From IMG/VR virus record IMGVR_UViG_3300043414_000779, positions 1-33,592 of that record: a stretch of DNA of 33,592 bases. The stretch is one strand, 5' to 3'. Shown here in pieces: positions 15,520-24,865 of the stretch; positions within the stretch are counted from its first letter, which is position 1, and every line of letters begins with the position of its first letter. The notes beneath the pieces are model-generated. The model had not been told where the DNA came from and ran no database searches. It saw only the letters and a list, made by a program, of their open reading frames with translations. The translations under genes were made by a program, and so were the position numbers. This stretch comes from a virus. Its lineage: Duplodnaviria; Caudoviricetes.

Positions 15520-15755
15520 TGGGCATACCTGAACTCTGGTCTGCAGGGCTCACCCTTGTGTTTGGAATCACAGGTTTTGTTCTTAGGGAGAAGTTTGGGG
15601 AAATTAATCGCCTCAGTATTCTTTTAAATAAGACTCGTGAAGAGATGGCTCGGGACATGATCACAAGGGCAGAAGTCTCCAAAATTATGGAGCACATTGA
15701 TGCTCGGTTTAACAAGCTGGAAGAGAAGATTGACCGTCTGATCTCCGCACATTAA
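15519..15755 (+). CDS. Small membrane-anchored coiled-coil protein (holin-like architecture)
   Basis: N-terminal TM segment (LWSAGLTLVFGITGFVL) followed by a heptad coiled coil ending RFNKLEEKIDRL. TAATG coupling. Confidence 0.7.
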   Translation: MGIPELWSAGLTLVFGITGFVLREKFGEINRLSILLNKTREEMARDMITRAEVSKIMEHIDARFNKLEEKIDRLISAH

Positions 15756-15766
15756 AGGATACTGAG

Positions 15767-16003
15767 ATGGCTAAGGCTGACCTTAAAAAACTGTTTAAGA
15801 ACAAAGAGACTAAAAGCGAAGAGCTGAAAGAGGCCAAAGCTATTAAGTCGGGCAAGATTTCTCCCATGCAATATGCCATGGGTGAGAAAATGGAAGAGAA
15901 GATGAAAAAAGGAGGTGCGGTCAAAAAAGCTCCGGTTTATGGCCGCGCCATGATGCGTGTTACTGCAGACACCAAGGGTCGTGCCTTGGGCAAGGGGAAA
16001 TAA
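15767..16003 (+). CDS. Small Lys-rich protein carrying the MKKGGAV motif
   Basis: AAGGA RBS, 78 aa, highly basic. Confidence 0.8.
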   Translation: MAKADLKKLFKNKETKSEELKEAKAIKSGKISPMQYAMGEKMEEKMKKGGAVKKAPVYGRAMMRVTADTKGRALGKGK

Positions 16004-16005
16004 TC

Positions 16006-16200
16006 ATGGCTGGACGTGGAATGGGTGCCGCGGTTCGTGGTGGCGGGTGCGTGATGAGCGGTGAAACGCCCAAGGTCGATTACAACTACGACTCGATGAA
16101 AGGCGATGAAACTGTCAAGGCGGGCACGGCAAAAATGGCCAAAGGTGGCATGGTCAAAGCTGGCAAGATGAAAGCCTATAAAAAAGGCGGCAAGTGCTAA
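16006..16200 (+). CDS. Small basic Gly/Met/Lys-rich protein carrying MAKGGMV and YKKGGKC motifs
   Basis: 64 aa, tightly packed between neighbouring genes. Confidence 0.78.
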   Translation: MAGRGMGAAVRGGGCVMSGETPKVDYNYDSMKGDETVKAGTAKMAKGGMVKAGKMKAYKKGGKC

Positions 16201-16872
16201 ATGACCACTTCGGGCACGACTGACTTTGATCTGTCGATTGATGAGATAATCGAAGAATCGTTTGAGCGATGCGGCATGCGGCCGACCAGCGGGTATCACC
16301 TGACAACGGCCCGCCGCTCGCTCAATTTGGTATTTCTTGATTGGGCAAACCGCGGGTTGAACCTGTGGACAATCGAACAGCAAGAGATTCAGTTGGCCCA
16401 AGGGGATCGGGTTTTGAACCTGGCTGCGGACACGGTCAATGTGTTGGGTGCGGTCATTCGGGACATGACCCAGACCCCGTACAACGACATCATCATTCAG
16501 CGGATCAGCCGAAACGAGTACCTGGATATCCCGAATAAGGACTTCCAATCTCGCCCGGCCCAGATATACGTCCAGCGTCAGAACATTCCGCAGGTGTATT
16601 TGTACCCTGTGACGCCGAACAGCAACTACAAGTTGGTGTATTACCGGATTCGTCGCATTCAAGATGCTGGGGCGTACACCAATACGTCGGATGTCAACTG
16701 GCGTTTCTTGCCTTGCCTGGCGTCAGGGCTTGCTTATTTCTTGTCTTTGAAGTTTGCGCCTGACCGCATTGGTGCGTTGAAGAATCTTTATGAGGAAGAC
16801 TTCCAACGCGCGGCAAATGAGGACAGGGACACCGCCAGCACATACTTCGTGCCGCAGATAGCGACGATCTAA
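16201..16872 (+). CDS. Putative head-tail adaptor/connector protein
   Basis: MTTSGTTDFDL, EESFERCG, ARRSLNL...WANRGLNLW, RP-x-Q and LYPVTP motifs. Size and position fit an adaptor (tail tubular A-like). Confidence 0.7.
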   Translation: MTTSGTTDFDLSIDEIIEESFERCGMRPTSGYHLTTARRSLNLVFLDWANRGLNLWTIEQQEIQLAQGDRVLNLAADTVNVLGAVIRDMTQTPYNDIIIQRISRNEYLDIPNKDFQSRPAQIYVQRQNIPQVYLYPVTPNSNYKLVYYRIRRIQDAGAYTNTSDVNWRFLPCLASGLAYFLSLKFAPDRIGALKNLYEEDFQRAANEDRDTASTYFVPQIATI

Positions 16873-16873
16873 A

Positions 16874-17224
16874 ATGGTCTACGCGGCCGGTAAATATGCC
16901 TTAGCCCTGTGCGATTACTGTGGTCAGCGGTACAGGCTGACGCAGCTTCGCACAAATTGGCGTGGTTTTAAGGTTTGCCCGGACGATTACGAGCCAAAAG
17001 AACCGCAGATCCAGCCATTGAAGTATCATGGCGATGCGATTGCTCTTGATGGACCGCGGCCAGATCGTAGGGAGCCATTGTCCGTGTTTGTGGGTGCTCC
17101 GGGTTTTTCAGCGTTTCAAAGTTTTGGGACGGCGCGTAACACAAATGATATGCGTCCGTACATTGCGGGTCCTGCGTTGATCTCGCGGGTCGTGGTTGGT
17201 TCTGTGACGGTGACAACAACATGA
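16874..17224 (+). CDS. Zinc-ribbon-like hypothetical protein
   Basis: CDYCG...VCPDDYEPKEPQ...PRPD. Confidence 0.75.
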   Translation: MVYAAGKYALALCDYCGQRYRLTQLRTNWRGFKVCPDDYEPKEPQIQPLKYHGDAIALDGPRPDRREPLSVFVGAPGFSAFQSFGTARNTNDMRPYIAGPALISRVVVGSVTVTTT

Positions 17225-17883
17225 CCTACGACGAATTAGTTACAAACATTCGAAATTACGCGCAGGTAGGGGACAGTGAGTTCACAGCTGCGGTTATAAA
17301 CACGTTTATCACGTTTGCGGAGAACCGCATCATGCGTGAAATTGACCTGGACGTGTTTAAAAAAGAACAAACCGGCAATTTGTCGTCCAGTAACAGGTTT
17401 TTAACAGCCCCAACAGACCTGTTGACCCACAGGTACATGCTGATTAAAAACTTTACCACTTCGGTTCAAGCGTTTTTGGACTTTAGAGATACCTCTTTTA
17501 TGAAAGAGTATTGGAAAGACCAGACCGCAACGGGTACTCCAAAATATTTCTCCGTATGGGACCAAAACACCTTTTATGTAGCTCCAACGCCCAATCAGAA
17601 TTATGTGGTGGAGCTGGGGTATATTTACAGACCTGACCAGTTATCCTCAACAAATACGACGACCTGGATTAGCAACAATGCTCCAGAAGCATTGTTCTAT
17701 GCTTGCATGATCCAGGCGTACAGCTATTTGAAAGGACCGCCGGATATGCAGGCTTACTTTGAAAATAGCTACAAACAGGCAATTAGTGGTCTGGGTGTTG
17801 AGCAGCAGGGCCGCCGCCGCCGCGATGAGTACCGCGATGGCATGATGCGGATTCCGATTAAATCTGATTCGCCGGGTCCGTAA
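17221..17883 (+). CDS. Putative adaptor/tail protein
   Basis: MTYDELVTNIRNY, FITFAENRI, GTPKYF and APTP motifs. ATGA coupling. Confidence 0.72.
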   Translation: MTYDELVTNIRNYAQVGDSEFTAAVINTFITFAENRIMREIDLDVFKKEQTGNLSSSNRFLTAPTDLLTHRYMLIKNFTTSVQAFLDFRDTSFMKEYWKDQTATGTPKYFSVWDQNTFYVAPTPNQNYVVELGYIYRPDQLSSTNTTTWISNNAPEALFYACMIQAYSYLKGPPDMQAYFENSYKQAISGLGVEQQGRRRRDEYRDGMMRIPIKSDSPGP

Positions 17884-18323
17884 TGGCTTTTTCAGGAAAT
17901 TATATTTGCACAAGTTTCAAGGTGCAGTTGTTGAAGGGCGTGCATAACTTCACGCCTGTCACGGGTAACACGTTCAAGCTGGCCTTGTACAACGAGCTTG
18001 CCACGTTTAACGCCAGCACCACGACCTACACGTCCACGAATGAGATAGCTGCGTCGGGCATGTACACCACTGGCGGCGTAGCTTTGACCCCTTACGTTCC
18101 AACGTCAGCCAATACGACCGCGTATGTGGATTTTGTGGACTTGTCGTTGACGGGTGTAACCATCACGACGTATGGGGCTTTGATTTACAATAGTTCTGCT
18201 GCGGGTAATCCTGCGGTTTGCGTTTTGGATTTCGGCGGGGCGCGGACAACGACTGCTGGCGGAATCTTAAACATCGTTTTCCCAACAGACGATATTACGT
18301 CTGCAATTATTCGGGTGTATTAA
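17883..18323 (+). CDS. Tail-associated structural protein, paralog A
   Basis: CTSFK-x-x-LL-x-G-x-H, FKLALY, Y-x-x-GG, GALIYN and VLDFG motifs. Confidence 0.8.
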   Translation: MAFSGNYICTSFKVQLLKGVHNFTPVTGNTFKLALYNELATFNASTTTYTSTNEIAASGMYTTGGVALTPYVPTSANTTAYVDFVDLSLTGVTITTYGALIYNSSAAGNPAVCVLDFGGARTTTAGGILNIVFPTDDITSAIIRVY

Positions 18324-18326
18324 ATC

Positions 18327-18518
18327 ATGGTAGTCAACACAATTCACGGTGAAATGGACGATTCCTTGCTGGAAAAAAAAGAAGGTTCGTTGGATAATGA
18401 CATTGAGTTCACCACGTGGACTGAATATTGGCTAAATGAAGAGTTAGTTCATCGTTCTGTTCACGTCACATTAAAAACTTCTCCGTTTACGGCGCTCGAA
18501 GCCGCTTCGATAGGATAA
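18327..18518 (+). CDS. Hypothetical acidic protein (63 aa)
   Basis: TIHGEMDDSLLEK...WTEYWLNEELVHRSVHVTLK. Fills the gap between the two paralogs. Confidence 0.75.
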   Translation: MVVNTIHGEMDDSLLEKKEGSLDNDIEFTTWTEYWLNEELVHRSVHVTLKTSPFTALEAASIG

Positions 18519-18521
18519 ATC

Positions 18522-19013
18522 ATGGCTAATACTCAGTCTATGTGTACATCGTTCCTTGGCGAATTGATGCTGGGTCAGCATCAGCTTGGAACGTCGACTA
18601 TTGTCTCGCGTGGAAGTTTGACTTCGCCTACAACGGATACCGTTAAAGCTGCGTTATACCTTGCTTCGGCAACAATCAACGCTTCTACTACCGCGTATAC
18701 AGCTACCGGCGAAGTTACCGGTACGAACTACGTTGCCGGTGGTGTGACTGTAACAAACGCAACGGCTCCAACGTCTACTAATAGTTCGGCCACTGCGGGT
18801 GTTGGCTACTGGACGCCATCTTCCTCAATTACCTACACAACCGTCACGCTTACAACGGCGTTTGACACGGTTTTGTTGTACAACTCGACTCAAAGTAACA
18901 AGGCAATTAGTGTTCACACCTTTGGTTCACAGACTGTGACCGCGGGTACGTTTACGCTAACAATGCCGAGTAACACGACCAGTACCGCACTGATCCGTCT
19001 AGCCACTACTTAA
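18522..19013 (+). CDS. Tail-associated structural protein, paralog B
   Basis: CTSFLGELMLGQH, VKAALY, YVAGG, VLLYN and HTFG align with 17883-18323. Confidence 0.8.
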   Translation: MANTQSMCTSFLGELMLGQHQLGTSTIVSRGSLTSPTTDTVKAALYLASATINASTTAYTATGEVTGTNYVAGGVTVTNATAPTSTNSSATAGVGYWTPSSSITYTTVTLTTAFDTVLLYNSTQSNKAISVHTFGSQTVTAGTFTLTMPSNTTSTALIRLATT

Positions 19014-19032
19014 TATTGGTTGGTGAAGTACT

Positions 19033-20484
19033 GTGGCTACCGGCTGGGGAGCCAGTACTTGGAGTAGTAACACGTGGGGCGGCTCGCAATCCGCCCTAAC
19101 GGGCGTTGCCGCGTCTGGAGTTGTTAGCGCTCCTGGCGTATCGGTAACGGTAAGTATCACCGGGGTTTCTGCTTCTGGCGCAGTTGGCACAGACACAGTT
19201 GGGGCGCGTTCATTAGCAATTACTGGTGTAGCAGCCGCTGGTGCCGTTGGGACGGTAACAGCTTCAAAAACACAGGCTGAAAACGGAACCCTTGCGACTG
19301 GTTCGGTTGGTTCAGTTGGAGTTGCTCCTTCTGTTGCCCTAAGTGGCACCGTAGCTTCTGGTTTAGCAGGAACTGTTACTGGTACTAAGACTGCTGCGCT
19401 ATCTGGTGTAGTTGGTTCTGGTCTCGTTGGCGATGTTTTATTTGCCAAGTTGATTGCCATTACTGGGGTAGACGCCCGCGCAAGAGTTGGTGGGGTTGAT
19501 CCTTTCCCATTTCCTGAAATTCAAGAAGTTGAAGCTGACGCATTAGTCGGTACGCCCTCTTCATCCATAACAGTTGATATTACCGGCAACGTCGCTATTG
19601 GCGCTGTTGGCAACTCTCAGTTTGCTCAACCTGTTTTCCCAACTGGGGTGTCGGCCACAGGCTCGGTCAGTTCAGTCTCGATGGGAGAAAGAACTGTCAC
19701 ACTTAGTGGTACATCTGCCTCCGGCCAAGTTGGCGATGTTGAAGCCGCTAAAAGTGAATCATTAAGTGGAGTCACTGCGACTGGTTCGGTTGGGACGGTG
19801 GGGGTTGGTCCGCACATTTTCCCAATCACTAGTGTGCCCGCTGCTGGTGCTGTTGGAACGGTATCCGCATCTATAACGCAGTCTGTGTCTGGTGTATCTG
19901 CCACCGGGGAAGTGGGCTCTGTCGGGTTATCTGTTTCGGTTGCGTTAACTGGGTCTTCCGTTTCTGGCCTTGTTGTTTCACCCGAGGGCACAACTACTGT
20001 TGCGATAAATGGAACAAGCGCGGCGGGATTAGTTGGCACCACAGGATCTGCCTTAGAACAACCATTATTGGGGAACTCTGCATCGGGTGCAGTAGGTAGC
20101 GTAGGATTCAATAAGGTTGTTGCGCTAACTGGAACGGTAGCAACGGGTGCAGCAGGAACCGCGGTATTTGGTCGTGCATTATCTGGCGTTTCTAGCAGTG
20201 GAGCGGTACAATCACCCTCAGTTGGAGAACGGCTTGTTGCCATTACGGGGTGTCCCGCAATGGCCGTGGCAGGAAATTTTGGTTACAGGTATTGGAGCCT
20301 AATTGACGATAGTCAGACTCCAGATTGGGGTAACATAGATGACTCCAATTCTCCAGATTGGACAACCACGACCGCTTCTCAAACCGCTAATTGGATCAAT
20401 GTGACAAATGCCGGGTCAGCGGGCTGGACAAACATTTCAACGACTGAAGACCCTGCTAATTGGGTTGAGATAGAAACCGTTTAA
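19033..20484 (+). CDS. Repetitive G/S/T/V-rich tail/fibre protein
   Basis: GTG start, about 22-aa repeats of the type (L/I)TGVSATGSVG, N-terminal GWG..WS..TWG and C-terminal Trp repeats. Confidence 0.78.
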   Translation: MATGWGASTWSSNTWGGSQSALTGVAASGVVSAPGVSVTVSITGVSASGAVGTDTVGARSLAITGVAAAGAVGTVTASKTQAENGTLATGSVGSVGVAPSVALSGTVASGLAGTVTGTKTAALSGVVGSGLVGDVLFAKLIAITGVDARARVGGVDPFPFPEIQEVEADALVGTPSSSITVDITGNVAIGAVGNSQFAQPVFPTGVSATGSVSSVSMGERTVTLSGTSASGQVGDVEAAKSESLSGVTATGSVGTVGVGPHIFPITSVPAAGAVGTVSASITQSVSGVSATGEVGSVGLSVSVALTGSSVSGLVVSPEGTTTVAINGTSAAGLVGTTGSALEQPLLGNSASGAVGSVGFNKVVALTGTVATGAAGTAVFGRALSGVSSSGAVQSPSVGERLVAITGCPAMAVAGNFGYRYWSLIDDSQTPDWGNIDDSNSPDWTTTTASQTANWINVTNAGSAGWTNISTTEDPANWVEIETV

Positions 20485-20493
20485 AGGATAGAC

Positions 20494-22416
20494 ATGGCAA
20501 CCTCCTATACCTCCCTTTTGGGTCTTGCCCTTCCCGCAACCGGGGAGTTGTCAGGCACCTGGGGCGATACGGTCAATAACTATATCTCAGCGTATCTTGA
20601 CTCAGCAGTAGCTGGTACGCAGACAATTAGTGGAACTCAGACTGCAGTCACGTTGTCCGTGACCAATGGTTCTTCTTTGACCCAAGCGGGGTCGGGTGCA
20701 ACGGGTTCTTCTCAGTACACTGTTATTAATTGTACGGGTGCTCCCGCCAGTCTGTTGACAATTACGGCTCCTGCAGCCAGTAAATCGTACCTAATTATCA
20801 ACAGCACCTCTACCTCTCAGTCGGTCAAGATTGTTGGTTCGGGGCCCACGACTGGGGTGACGTTAGTTTCTAGTGAAAGGGCGATTGTTGCTTGGAATGG
20901 CTCTGACTTTGTAAAAGTTGCTTCTACCTCGGCCTCTACAATTAATTCCGGGACTTTAGCGGCTGCTTATGGCGGCACCGGAATAAACTCATTAGGGACC
21001 GGGGTCGCTACATTTTTAGGAACTCCGTCCAGTGCAAACCTGGCGGCAGCGGTTACGGATGAGACGGGCTCTGGGTCATTGGTATTTGCGACCAGCCCTA
21101 CGTTTGTTACGCCAATTTTAGGTACACCGCAATCTGGTAATTTTAGTAGTGGAACTTTTACCTGGCCAACCTTTAACCAAAACACGACGGGCACTGCGGC
21201 AGGTCTATCGGCTACGTTAGCGGTCGGCAGTGGAGGAACGGGTCAAACAACGTATGCCGATGGGCAGTTGCTGATTGGAAACAGCACAGGGAATACGTTA
21301 ACAAAAGCAACTTTGACCCCCGGTACTGGGGTGACAATCACCAACGGCAGTGGAACAATCACAATTGCCGCAACGGGCACTGGCGGTACGGTCACATCCG
21401 TAGCGCAGTCTTTTACTGGCGGCATAGTTTCAGTTGCTGGTTCGCCAATTACAACTTCGGGCACTCTTGGATTGACGGTTGCCGGAACTAGCGGTGGTAT
21501 TCCTTATTTCTCTAGCGGAACCACTTGGGCATCAAGTGCGGCGCTTGCTCAATATGGGATTGTTTACGGAGGTGGTGCGGGTGCCGCTCCGGTTGCAACT
21601 GCCGCAGGGACGACTGGTCAAAGCTTGTTGGCAACGACCAGTGCGGCCCCGTCATGGGGTCAAGTCAGTTTGACAGCAGGTGTAACAGGGACGCTTCCTG
21701 TAGCTAACGGCGGAACTGGACTTTCCACAGCCCCTGCAAACGGCGCATTGGACATTGGTAACGGCACGGGGTTTACTCGTACTACGTTAACCGCTGGTAC
21801 TGGGGTGACCATTACCAACAGTGCTGGCGGAATTTCAATTGCTGCGGCGGGATCTGGGGGTACGGTCACTTCCGTAACTGGAAGTGGAAACATTGCTTCT
21901 AGCGGCGGCACAACCCCAAACATTACTTTTACAGGGACTTTAGCTGTTGGCAACGGAGGAACTGGGGTTACTAGCTCCACAGGCTCTGGAAGTGTCGTTC
22001 TTTCAACCTCTCCTTCGCTGACGACCCCGGTTCTTGGAACTCCAACGTCTGGAACTTTAAGTAATTGTACGGTTGACGGCACAGATTCTGTTGGTTTTCG
22101 CAATATTCCACAAAACGCACAAACGGGTAGTTATACCTTAGTTATCGCAGATTCTGGCAAACACATTTACAGAGGTTCAGGTGGGGCCGCTACTTGGACG
22201 ATTCCTGCAAATAGTTCTGTTGCGTATGCAATTGGAACGGCAATTACTTTTATAAACCTTTCTGCAACAAGCGTCAGCATTGCAATTACGACTGATACCA
22301 TGTATTTATCAAGTGCTGGAACCACCGGAACTCGAACTCTGGCTCAATATGGTTCTGCAACTGCAATTAAAATCACATCAACGTCTTGGGTAATTTCTGG
22401 AAGTGGTTTGACATGA
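20494..22416 (+). CDS. Tail fibre protein
   Basis: MATSYTSLLGL-x-LP-x-TGE-x-SGTWG N-terminus, repeated L-x-V-x-x-GGTG and GTGVTITN units, VTDETGSGSLVFATSPT, and a C-terminal RTLAQYG...WVISG domain. Confidence 0.85.
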   Translation: MATSYTSLLGLALPATGELSGTWGDTVNNYISAYLDSAVAGTQTISGTQTAVTLSVTNGSSLTQAGSGATGSSQYTVINCTGAPASLLTITAPAASKSYLIINSTSTSQSVKIVGSGPTTGVTLVSSERAIVAWNGSDFVKVASTSASTINSGTLAAAYGGTGINSLGTGVATFLGTPSSANLAAAVTDETGSGSLVFATSPTFVTPILGTPQSGNFSSGTFTWPTFNQNTTGTAAGLSATLAVGSGGTGQTTYADGQLLIGNSTGNTLTKATLTPGTGVTITNGSGTITIAATGTGGTVTSVAQSFTGGIVSVAGSPITTSGTLGLTVAGTSGGIPYFSSGTTWASSAALAQYGIVYGGGAGAAPVATAAGTTGQSLLATTSAAPSWGQVSLTAGVTGTLPVANGGTGLSTAPANGALDIGNGTGFTRTTLTAGTGVTITNSAGGISIAAAGSGGTVTSVTGSGNIASSGGTTPNITFTGTLAVGNGGTGVTSSTGSGSVVLSTSPSLTTPVLGTPTSGTLSNCTVDGTDSVGFRNIPQNAQTGSYTLVIADSGKHIYRGSGGAATWTIPANSSVAYAIGTAITFINLSATSVSIAITTDTMYLSSAGTTGTRTLAQYGSATAIKITSTSWVISGSGLT

Positions 22417-23345
22417 GTGGCGTACAACAGGCGGTATTTCAAAATCAGCGTAGTTTTGCAGCGGCCCCGGGTTCGCAATGTTATACAACTGCCGGATGTT
22501 ATAGTTGGGTGGTTCCTGCTGGGGTAACTTCAGTTTCGGTTGTGGTGGTAGGTGGCGGCGGCGGTGGCGGTGGTGGTAATATTTTCCCAAGGGGTTGTCT
22601 TTGTTTCCCTTATTGGTATTACGCCGGCGGTGGTGGTGGTGGTGGTGGGCTTGCATATAAAAATAGTGCTTCGGTTACGCCGGGAACTTCTAGAACCGTA
22701 ACTGTTGGTGCCAAAGGGAACACGTCAAATGGTTTTTGTGGAACCTCTGGTGGGTTTTCTCGGATATGTTTGCCTGTTGGTTGTGTTAGAGCCACTGGAG
22801 GCATTTTTGGTAAAGGGGGCAATAATTGTCGTACAGGTGGTGCCGGTGGAACTCCAGCAAATTCTTATGATGGAGGGGGCAATGGGGGTGTCGGAGGGGT
22901 TGGTGGGCAAAACTTGTCTACCTCCGGCGTTTACGGCGGTGGCGGTGGAGGTGCTGGAGGGTATAGCAACAATGGCGGCGCAGGAGGAAGTGGTATAAAT
23001 CCGGGTTCGGCTGGGGCTGTCGGTGCCGGTGGCGGAGGAGGAGGGGGTGGCTCCGGCGGTGGTGGTGCCACTACAAAAGGTTCTGGCGGGGGTGGTGTAG
23101 GTATTCTTGGGCAAGGTAGTAATGGAACTGCCGGCCTTCTAAACGCTGGGGGTGGCGGTGGATCAGGTGGAGCTAACGGCACCACACGAGGCGTTGGAGG
23201 TGCATATGGTGGAGGTGGCCCCGGCGGTAGAGCGGCATGCCCCTCATCCTGTAGCGCTGGTGCTGATGGGAGTGTGGGCGCAGTTCGCATTATCTGGCCC
23301 GGAAACACTCGCTCGTTCCCCTCAACTAACGCAGGTGCGCCATGA
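22413..23345 (+). CDS. Glycine-rich tail fibre/receptor-binding protein, unusually Cys-rich
   Basis: ATG 22413 overlaps the fibre stop (ATGA). YTTAG-x-YSW-x-x-P-x-GVTSVSVV-x-VGGGG start and G-x-x-GAVRIIW end are typical of phage glycine-rich domains. Confidence 0.82.
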   Translation: MSGVQQAVFQNQRSFAAAPGSQCYTTAGCYSWVVPAGVTSVSVVVVGGGGGGGGGNIFPRGCLCFPYWYYAGGGGGGGGLAYKNSASVTPGTSRTVTVGAKGNTSNGFCGTSGGFSRICLPVGCVRATGGIFGKGGNNCRTGGAGGTPANSYDGGGNGGVGGVGGQNLSTSGVYGGGGGGAGGYSNNGGAGGSGINPGSAGAVGAGGGGGGGGSGGGGATTKGSGGGGVGILGQGSNGTAGLLNAGGGGGSGGANGTTRGVGGAYGGGGPGGRAACPSSCSAGADGSVGAVRIIWPGNTRSFPSTNAGAP

Positions 23346-23839
23346 AATTGTATATTAAGGTTGAAAATGGACAACCAATTGACCACCCTGCGGTTGAAGA
23401 AAACTTACTTCAAGCATTTCCAGACGGCATCCCATTTAATTGGGAACCGTTTAATCGCATTCCATTTCCAACTTTAAAGTGGTATGAATCATTCGCCAAT
23501 CCACACGTTGTTTATGAAAAAATAAATGGCGTATGGACTGATGTGTTTCAAGTAATACAACTAACTGCGGAAGAAAGAGCCGCCAAGCAACAGTCCGTTA
23601 TTACTGAATTTAACTCCCGTGAGCAAGCATCTAACTGGTCTGCATGGACTTTTGATGAGGCCACTTGCGCAATGGTTCCTCCAGTTTCGCGCCCAGAACC
23701 AGACCAAACCAAGTTAGAACAAAAGATTTTTACTTTTTGGTGTGGCGCAGACAGCAATTGGAAAGACACCCCCGCTATGCCAGATGGCAAATACAAATTT
23801 GATTTTTTTGCGTGGCAATGGGTTGAAATAACAGAATGA
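23342..23839 (+). CDS. Putative tail fibre assembly/accessory protein
   Basis: Aromatic/Pro-rich, with a WTFDEATC..VPPVSRP motif, following the Gly-rich fibre gene. Confidence 0.65.
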   Translation: MKLYIKVENGQPIDHPAVEENLLQAFPDGIPFNWEPFNRIPFPTLKWYESFANPHVVYEKINGVWTDVFQVIQLTAEERAAKQQSVITEFNSREQASNWSAWTFDEATCAMVPPVSRPEPDQTKLEQKIFTFWCGADSNWKDTPAMPDGKYKFDFFAWQWVEITE

Positions 23840-24534
23840 GCAAAGTAAAGAAAAAAGTGTGCAAAGCCGCTGAAGCAGTGGCTGAAGTTGTTCAAAACAC
23901 GCAACTGCAAGTGGCGTTTCATTTTCCGTGCCCAATTTATATTATTGAACGACCAGATTTTTTAAAATCCGTCAACCAAGTTTCGGAAGAGCATCTTGCG
24001 TTACAACGTAAAGACCGGAACTTAAACGAAATTTACCCGGTTTACATGACTGGCAGTTATTTTGCTGACCCGCGTATGGCGCAGTTCTCTGAGTTCATTG
24101 GGGCTACCGCTTGGAACATTTTGAACGAACAGGGCTACGCCATGCAGGACAAGGCGGTTCAGTTCACAGAAATGTGGACCCAAGAGCACCACAAGCATTC
24201 GGCAATGGACGCTCATGTTCACGGCTTAGGTTCGCAGATTGTTGGGTTCTATTTCCTTGAGACACCTGAAGGCTGTTCTAATGTGGTGTTTCACGATCCA
24301 CGCGCAGGTAAAGTACAGAACGACTTGCCAGAGCAAGACATGAACATAGCAACCCCGGCAAGCAGGATGATTAACTTTACGCCTAAACCCGGAATGATGC
24401 TTTTTGCAAATTCATGGTTAGCGCACTCATTTACACGTCATGCGGCAGACCTACCAATTAAGTTTGTGCATTTTAATTTGACAGTTATTTACCAACCACA
24501 AACTTGCGCCGCGCCAACAGCGGAAATCATTTGA
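23836..24534 (+). CDS. 2OG-Fe(II) oxygenase (TIGR02466 / 2OG-FeII_Oxy_5-like)
   Basis: FPCPIY N-terminus, EMW, H-x-H (AHVH), GFYFL, FHDPR, P-x-PG-x-x-L-x-x-x-SWL-x-H and FN. Confidence 0.85.
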   Translation: MSKVKKKVCKAAEAVAEVVQNTQLQVAFHFPCPIYIIERPDFLKSVNQVSEEHLALQRKDRNLNEIYPVYMTGSYFADPRMAQFSEFIGATAWNILNEQGYAMQDKAVQFTEMWTQEHHKHSAMDAHVHGLGSQIVGFYFLETPEGCSNVVFHDPRAGKVQNDLPEQDMNIATPASRMINFTPKPGMMLFANSWLAHSFTRHAADLPIKFVHFNLTVIYQPQTCAAPTAEII

Positions 24535-24803
24535 ACAAGTACCTCATTCGGTTTAACAAAAGTCGTGGCCAGGAAAACCGTGGCACGATGGACCATGTGT
24601 GGCGAGTGTTTGAGAACGACAAAGAATACTTGTTCAAGAATTTTAAGTTAGAAGTCCCATCTGAAAGTGAAATGTCACCCGGGCCAGACTGGAATATTAC
24701 TTGCCAAGGTTTTATGATGATTGACCGCGCAACCTCTACCGCAATCATCAAAGAAACCCAAGGCGATCCCGTAGGTGCCCATACCGAAAGTCTGAAGAAG
24801 TAA
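24531..24803 (+). CDS. Hypothetical phage protein
   Basis: TTG at 24531 overlaps the upstream stop. KYLIRFNKSRG...HVWRVFEN...DWNITC. Confidence 0.7.
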   Translation: MNKYLIRFNKSRGQENRGTMDHVWRVFENDKEYLFKNFKLEVPSESEMSPGPDWNITCQGFMMIDRATSTAIIKETQGDPVGAHTESLKK

Positions 24804-24865
24804 CTTTCCTGTCTTTTGTAAACTGTAGGATTTTAGAGGGGTCACCCGCCCATCGGGGTTTTAAA

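Noticed and set aside
18372-18395. A8G slippery sequence as a programmed -1 frameshift
   Set aside because: The -1 frame hits TAA within a few codons, and there is no long-tail chaperone context.
22413-23345. Diversity-generating retroelement target in the fibre tip
   Set aside because: No reverse transcriptase and no template/variable repeat pair differing at adenines is visible in this window.
24804-24865. Shared late-promoter motif TTTGTAAA...TGTA(G/T) with 14623-14643
   Set aside because: Only two short AT-rich matches with different spacing, which is not distinguishable from chance without more instances.
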